Below, one piece after another: positions 60,781 through 64,000 of a stretch of DNA of 64,000 nt. Every line of letters begins with the position of its first letter. The first letter of the stretch is position 1. Under the pieces are notes generated by a model. That model was not told the origin of the DNA, ran no database searches, and saw only the letters and a list, made by a program, of their open reading frames with translations. The stretch is taken from positions 3,648,001 through 3,712,000 of the forward strand of contig CP170459.1 in the NCBI GenBank assembly GCA_047947115.1. The letters run 5' to 3'. The translations under genes were made by a program, and so were the position numbers. This DNA comes from Verrucomicrobiota bacterium (GTDB taxonomy: Bacteria > Verrucomicrobiota > Verrucomicrobiia > Limisphaerales > AAA164-E04).

Positions 60781-62369
60781 GACAATTTCACAATGCGAAT
60801 GCTGCTGATGTCTGCATCTCCCCGTATTTCATCCAATACCGTCTTCTCAGGAACACTGTCCAGACTCAATACCGTCAGCGCATGGCCTCCTTCACGGTCG
60901 CGGTGCAGACTCATGTTGGCGATATTGATTTCGTGTTTGGCCAGGATGGAACCAAGGTGACCCACGATGCCCGGGCGATCCTTGTTGGTGATCAGGCACA
61001 AAACGCCGCGAGGGTCGATTTCGACCGGTTGACTGTTGAGCCGGACTATTCTGGGATTCATTTGTGTCCCAAAGAAGGTGCCGCCTGCGGACGTTTTTTG
61101 CTCACCGCTGTAGGCCGCGACGTGCAGCCATTCGTTGAAATCCGTTTCTTCAGAAGATTTGACCAATTCGACCAGGATGCCGAGTGATTCAGCCATGGTT
61201 TTCGCGTTGATCTGATTGACATCCGCACCACCGGCGCTTGCCAGAAAACCGGTCAACACAAAGCGTGCGATGGGATCGCCCGGTACTTCCGTGGCCTTGC
61301 CACCAAAAGTAATCACAAGCCGGTCGTTCTGTTGCGGGGCCAGTTGCGAGACCAGTCGGCCCAGTTTTTGTCCAAGAGTCAGATAGGGTTTGACTTTCGC
61401 GTAGGTGTTGGCGTCCAGACTGGGCATGTTGACCGCGTTTTGAATGGCGCCGGTCAGAAGGTATGAGCTGATGGACTCGGCTATTTCGATGCCTACGTTT
61501 TGTTGTGCTTCCTTGGTGCTGGCACCCAGATGAGGCGTGGTGATGATCTCGGGAGTGTTGCGGAAAGGGTGATCGGCATCGAGGGGTTCCTTGGAATACA
61601 CATCGAGCGCAGCTCCGGCGACTGTGCCGTTTTGAATCGCTTCAAGCAGGTCGTCCTCCTGGACAATGCCACCGCGTGCACAGTTCAAGATGCGCATGCC
61701 TTTTTTCATCTTGGCAAAGGCGTCCTTGTTGATCATCTCGCTCGTTTCATCGGTTTTAGGCATGTGCACGGTGATGAAATCCGCCTTCGCGTAGATTTCG
61801 TCCAGACTGGCGATTTCCACCTGCATGGATTTGGCACGGGAGGGAGAGAGGTAGGGGTCGTATGCCATCACGTGCATACCGAATGCCTGTGCTCGCTTGG
61901 CGACTTCGGTGCCGATGCGGCCCAATCCCAGGATGGCCAGAGTTTTGTTGAAAAGTTCGGTTCCCTGAAAGGCTTTGCGGTTCCATTCCTTATTGGACAT
62001 GGACATATGCGCCTGTGGAATCTTGCGTGCCAGGGACATCAACATTGCGAAGGTCAACTCAGCGGTGGAAATGGTGTTTCCTCCGGGGGTGTTCATAACC
62101 ACAATCCCACGTTGTGTCGCCGCTTCGACGTCCACGTTGTCAACGCCCACGCCCGCTCGCCCCACCACTTTCAGGTTAGGGGAGTTTTCAATGACCTTGG
62201 CGGTAATCTTGGTCTCGGATCGCACGACGTAAGCACATACGTCCGCCGCCATGGCGATCAGGTCGGATTCACTGGGACGTTCGTCCAGTACAACGACTTC
62301 CAGTTCGGTTTGCTGTTGAAAAAATTCGATTCCCTTGGGGGAAATTGGATCACAGATCAATACTTTCAT
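60777..62369 (-). CDS. serA: D-3-phosphoglycerate dehydrogenase (long form with ACT domain)
   Basis: GRAGVGVDN, GLGRIG, NCARGG, TPHLGAST and DRPG motifs. Confidence 0.95.
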   Translation of the reverse strand: MKVLICDPISPKGIEFFQQQTELEVVVLDERPSESDLIAMAADVCAYVVRSETKITAKVIENSPNLKVVGRAGVGVDNVDVEAATQRGIVVMNTPGGNTISTAELTFAMLMSLARKIPQAHMSMSNKEWNRKAFQGTELFNKTLAILGLGRIGTEVAKRAQAFGMHVMAYDPYLSPSRAKSMQVEIASLDEIYAKADFITVHMPKTDETSEMINKDAFAKMKKGMRILNCARGGIVQEDDLLEAIQNGTVAGAALDVYSKEPLDADHPFRNTPEIITTPHLGASTKEAQQNVGIEIAESISSYLLTGAIQNAVNMPSLDANTYAKVKPYLTLGQKLGRLVSQLAPQQNDRLVITFGGKATEVPGDPIARFVLTGFLASAGGADVNQINAKTMAESLGILVELVKSSEETDFNEWLHVAAYSGEQKTSAGGTFFGTQMNPRIVRLNSQPVEIDPRGVLCLITNKDRPGIVGHLGSILAKHEINIANMSLHRDREGGHALTVLSLDSVPEKTVLDEIRGDADISSIRIVKLS

Positions 62370-62486
62370 CTTTATCAAAGGCAGCCCAATCTAGGGAAAC
62401 CCCGTCAACAGGTCAAACATGGAAAATGATGGGATCACCACAAAGCTGGTCTTTTTTGATTTAATCAGTTAACAAAGGGTCAGGTT

Positions 62487-62963
62487 ATGGCAGCGAAGAG
62501 GATCAGTTATGGTTTGGTGATGTACCGGTACGGAAATCAAGGTCTGGAAATCTTGATCTCACATCCGGGCGGACCGAAATATGCCAAAAAGGATGCTGGT
62601 CACTGGACCATTCCCAAAGGAGGGAAGGACCCGCATGAATCGGAACTGGAGGCAGCCTTGCGGGAGTTTAAAGAGGAAACTGGTTTGAAAGTGCCTGAAA
62701 ATTCGATGTTTATAGATCTTGGAAGCATCGTTCAGAAGGGAGGGAAACATGTGCGTGCCTGGGGTGTCAGTTGTCCGTGGGATCCCTTGCCGGAACCCGA
62801 GAGCCAGCTCGTCAGTGTGGAATGGCCGCCGGGATCCCTGCAATGGATGGAAGTTCCGGAGATGGATCAAATCGAGTTTTTTCCAAGGGATAAGGCCTGT
62901 GAATTGATGAAGCAGTCTCAAGTGCCTCTCCTTGAACGTCTTGAAGACGCTTTAAGGGTTTGA
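62487..62963 (+). CDS. NUDIX hydrolase
   Basis: HPGGP...W.IPKG and G....E..LEAALREFKEETG Nudix box. Confidence 0.88.
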   Translation: MAAKRISYGLVMYRYGNQGLEILISHPGGPKYAKKDAGHWTIPKGGKDPHESELEAALREFKEETGLKVPENSMFIDLGSIVQKGGKHVRAWGVSCPWDPLPEPESQLVSVEWPPGSLQWMEVPEMDQIEFFPRDKACELMKQSQVPLLERLEDALRV

Positions 62964-62991
62964 TGGGGCCGCAACTCCTACGTGATCGCTT

Positions 62992-64000
62992 ATGAGTCGG
63001 ATCTTTCTCGATGCCCAGTCCACAACTCCCTTGCATCCTGAAGTGTTGGATGCCATGCGTCCTTTTTTTTCGGAACAAGGAAGTCTTCCTTCTGCTGCTT
63101 ACCACTCCGCCAAAACATCCCGTAAAGCCATTGAGATCGCGCGTGAACAGGTGGCTGAATGTATTGGGGCGGATTCACCCGAGGAGATCCTATTCACCAG
63201 TTCCGGTACGGAATCCAACAATCTGGCCGTCAAGGGAGCGGCATTGGCTCTCAAACGATTCGGTAATCATTTGTTGGGGACCACGGTGGATCATCCTTCC
63301 GTGCGCCTTTCCATGGGGTTTCTCGAATCGATTGGATTCGAGTGGCAGGCGGTGGGAGTGGATTCTATGGGACGGCTGGATGGTTCCGAATTCCTGTCGC
63401 GTATTCAGGAAAAAACGATGCTCGCATGTGCGCCTCTGTGTGTGCCCGAACTTGGTGTGACTCAGTCGCTTTGCGGGCTTGGGAAAGAGTTCCAGGCAGC
63501 AGGGAAAGCCTTTTTTGTCGATGGAACCTCCTGGGGCGGTCAGTCAAAGCTCGACGTTTCATCCTTGAAACCTGCCTTGATGAGCTTGTCTCCCCATCGG
63601 TTCCATGGTCCCAAAGGTGTCGGGGTGTTGTATCACAGAAAGGGAACCATGCTCGAACCTCTGATCCACGGGGGGAATCAGGAATCAGGTTGGCGCGGTG
63701 GAGCAGAGCATGTGGCAGGTATCGTCGGGGCCGGGAAGGCATTTGAATTACTCAAGCAAGAAGGCAGTGAACGGATCCGGCAATCGACGCGGTTCCAAAA
63801 GTGGATGTGGGAACAGATTCAACAGCGTATTCCGTCCGTTGGACTGTTGGGGCTTCTGCCCGGAGACGGGAGAATTTGCAATCAACTCAATATCGTTTTT
63901 GAAGGAGTTGAGGGCGAGGGTTTGATGTTGATGTGCAATGTTCGGGGGCTGGAGTGTCATACGGGTGTGTCGTGTGTCAGCAAGCATGTTGCCAATGACC
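62992..64000 (+). CDS. Cysteine desulfurase (IscS/NifS)-like protein, partial, with PLP Lys replaced by Arg
   Basis: Manual translation is open from ATG 62992 to the window end: IFLDAQSTT, FTSSGTESNN, DHPSV, SPHRFHGPKG, GGNQE and TGVSC. Confidence 0.85.
   Translation, partial: MSRIFLDAQSTTPLHPEVLDAMRPFFSEQGSLPSAAYHSAKTSRKAIEIAREQVAECIGADSPEEILFTSSGTESNNLAVKGAALALKRFGNHLLGTTVDHPSVRLSMGFLESIGFEWQAVGVDSMGRLDGSEFLSRIQEKTMLACAPLCVPELGVTQSLCGLGKEFQAAGKAFFVDGTSWGGQSKLDVSSLKPALMSLSPHRFHGPKGVGVLYHRKGTMLEPLIHGGNQESGWRGGAEHVAGIVGAGKAFELLKQEGSERIRQSTRFQKWMWEQIQQRIPSVGLLGLLPGDGRICNQLNIVFEGVEGEGLMLMCNVRGLECHTGVSCVSKHVAND

Noticed and set aside
1..64000. Genome-wide TAG reassignment, CRISPR array, prophage or IS elements
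   Set aside because: TAG ends many conserved genes at their expected C-termini; no repeat-spacer array, integrase, transposase or phage gene was recognised.

Overview
Bacterial chromosomal window, most likely from a PVC-superphylum (Verrucomicrobia-like) organism. This is inferred from a PVC-type CxxCH heme protein, three sulfatases, Tat-exported Gfo/Idh/MocA and isomerase proteins, and a secreted protein ending in FYRV. It is mostly housekeeping genes: hrpA 3' end, ppaC, sufT, leuB, pyrF, metH, msrBA, oppABCDF, trmL, gltA and serA. I found no rRNA, tRNA, CRISPR array or transposase. Points of interest: (1) a divergent signalling locus pairing a disrupted LamG/propeller/PAS sensor kinase with a single-domain receiver and an unusual HisKA-HisKA-REC-AAA_35 NTPase protein; (2) a full-length sucrose-phosphate synthase/phosphatase fusion interrupted by two in-frame TAGs, next to a GH32 hydrolase; (3) an IscS-like ORF absent from the ORF track whose PLP lysine is Arg; (4) a ~130-nt rod-shaped intergenic RNA candidate beside two tandem DnaA-type boxes; (5) a structured leader upstream of leuB; (6) a SahR-like operator between metH and msrBA; (7) a family of GTAG-type REP/REPIN-like elements.
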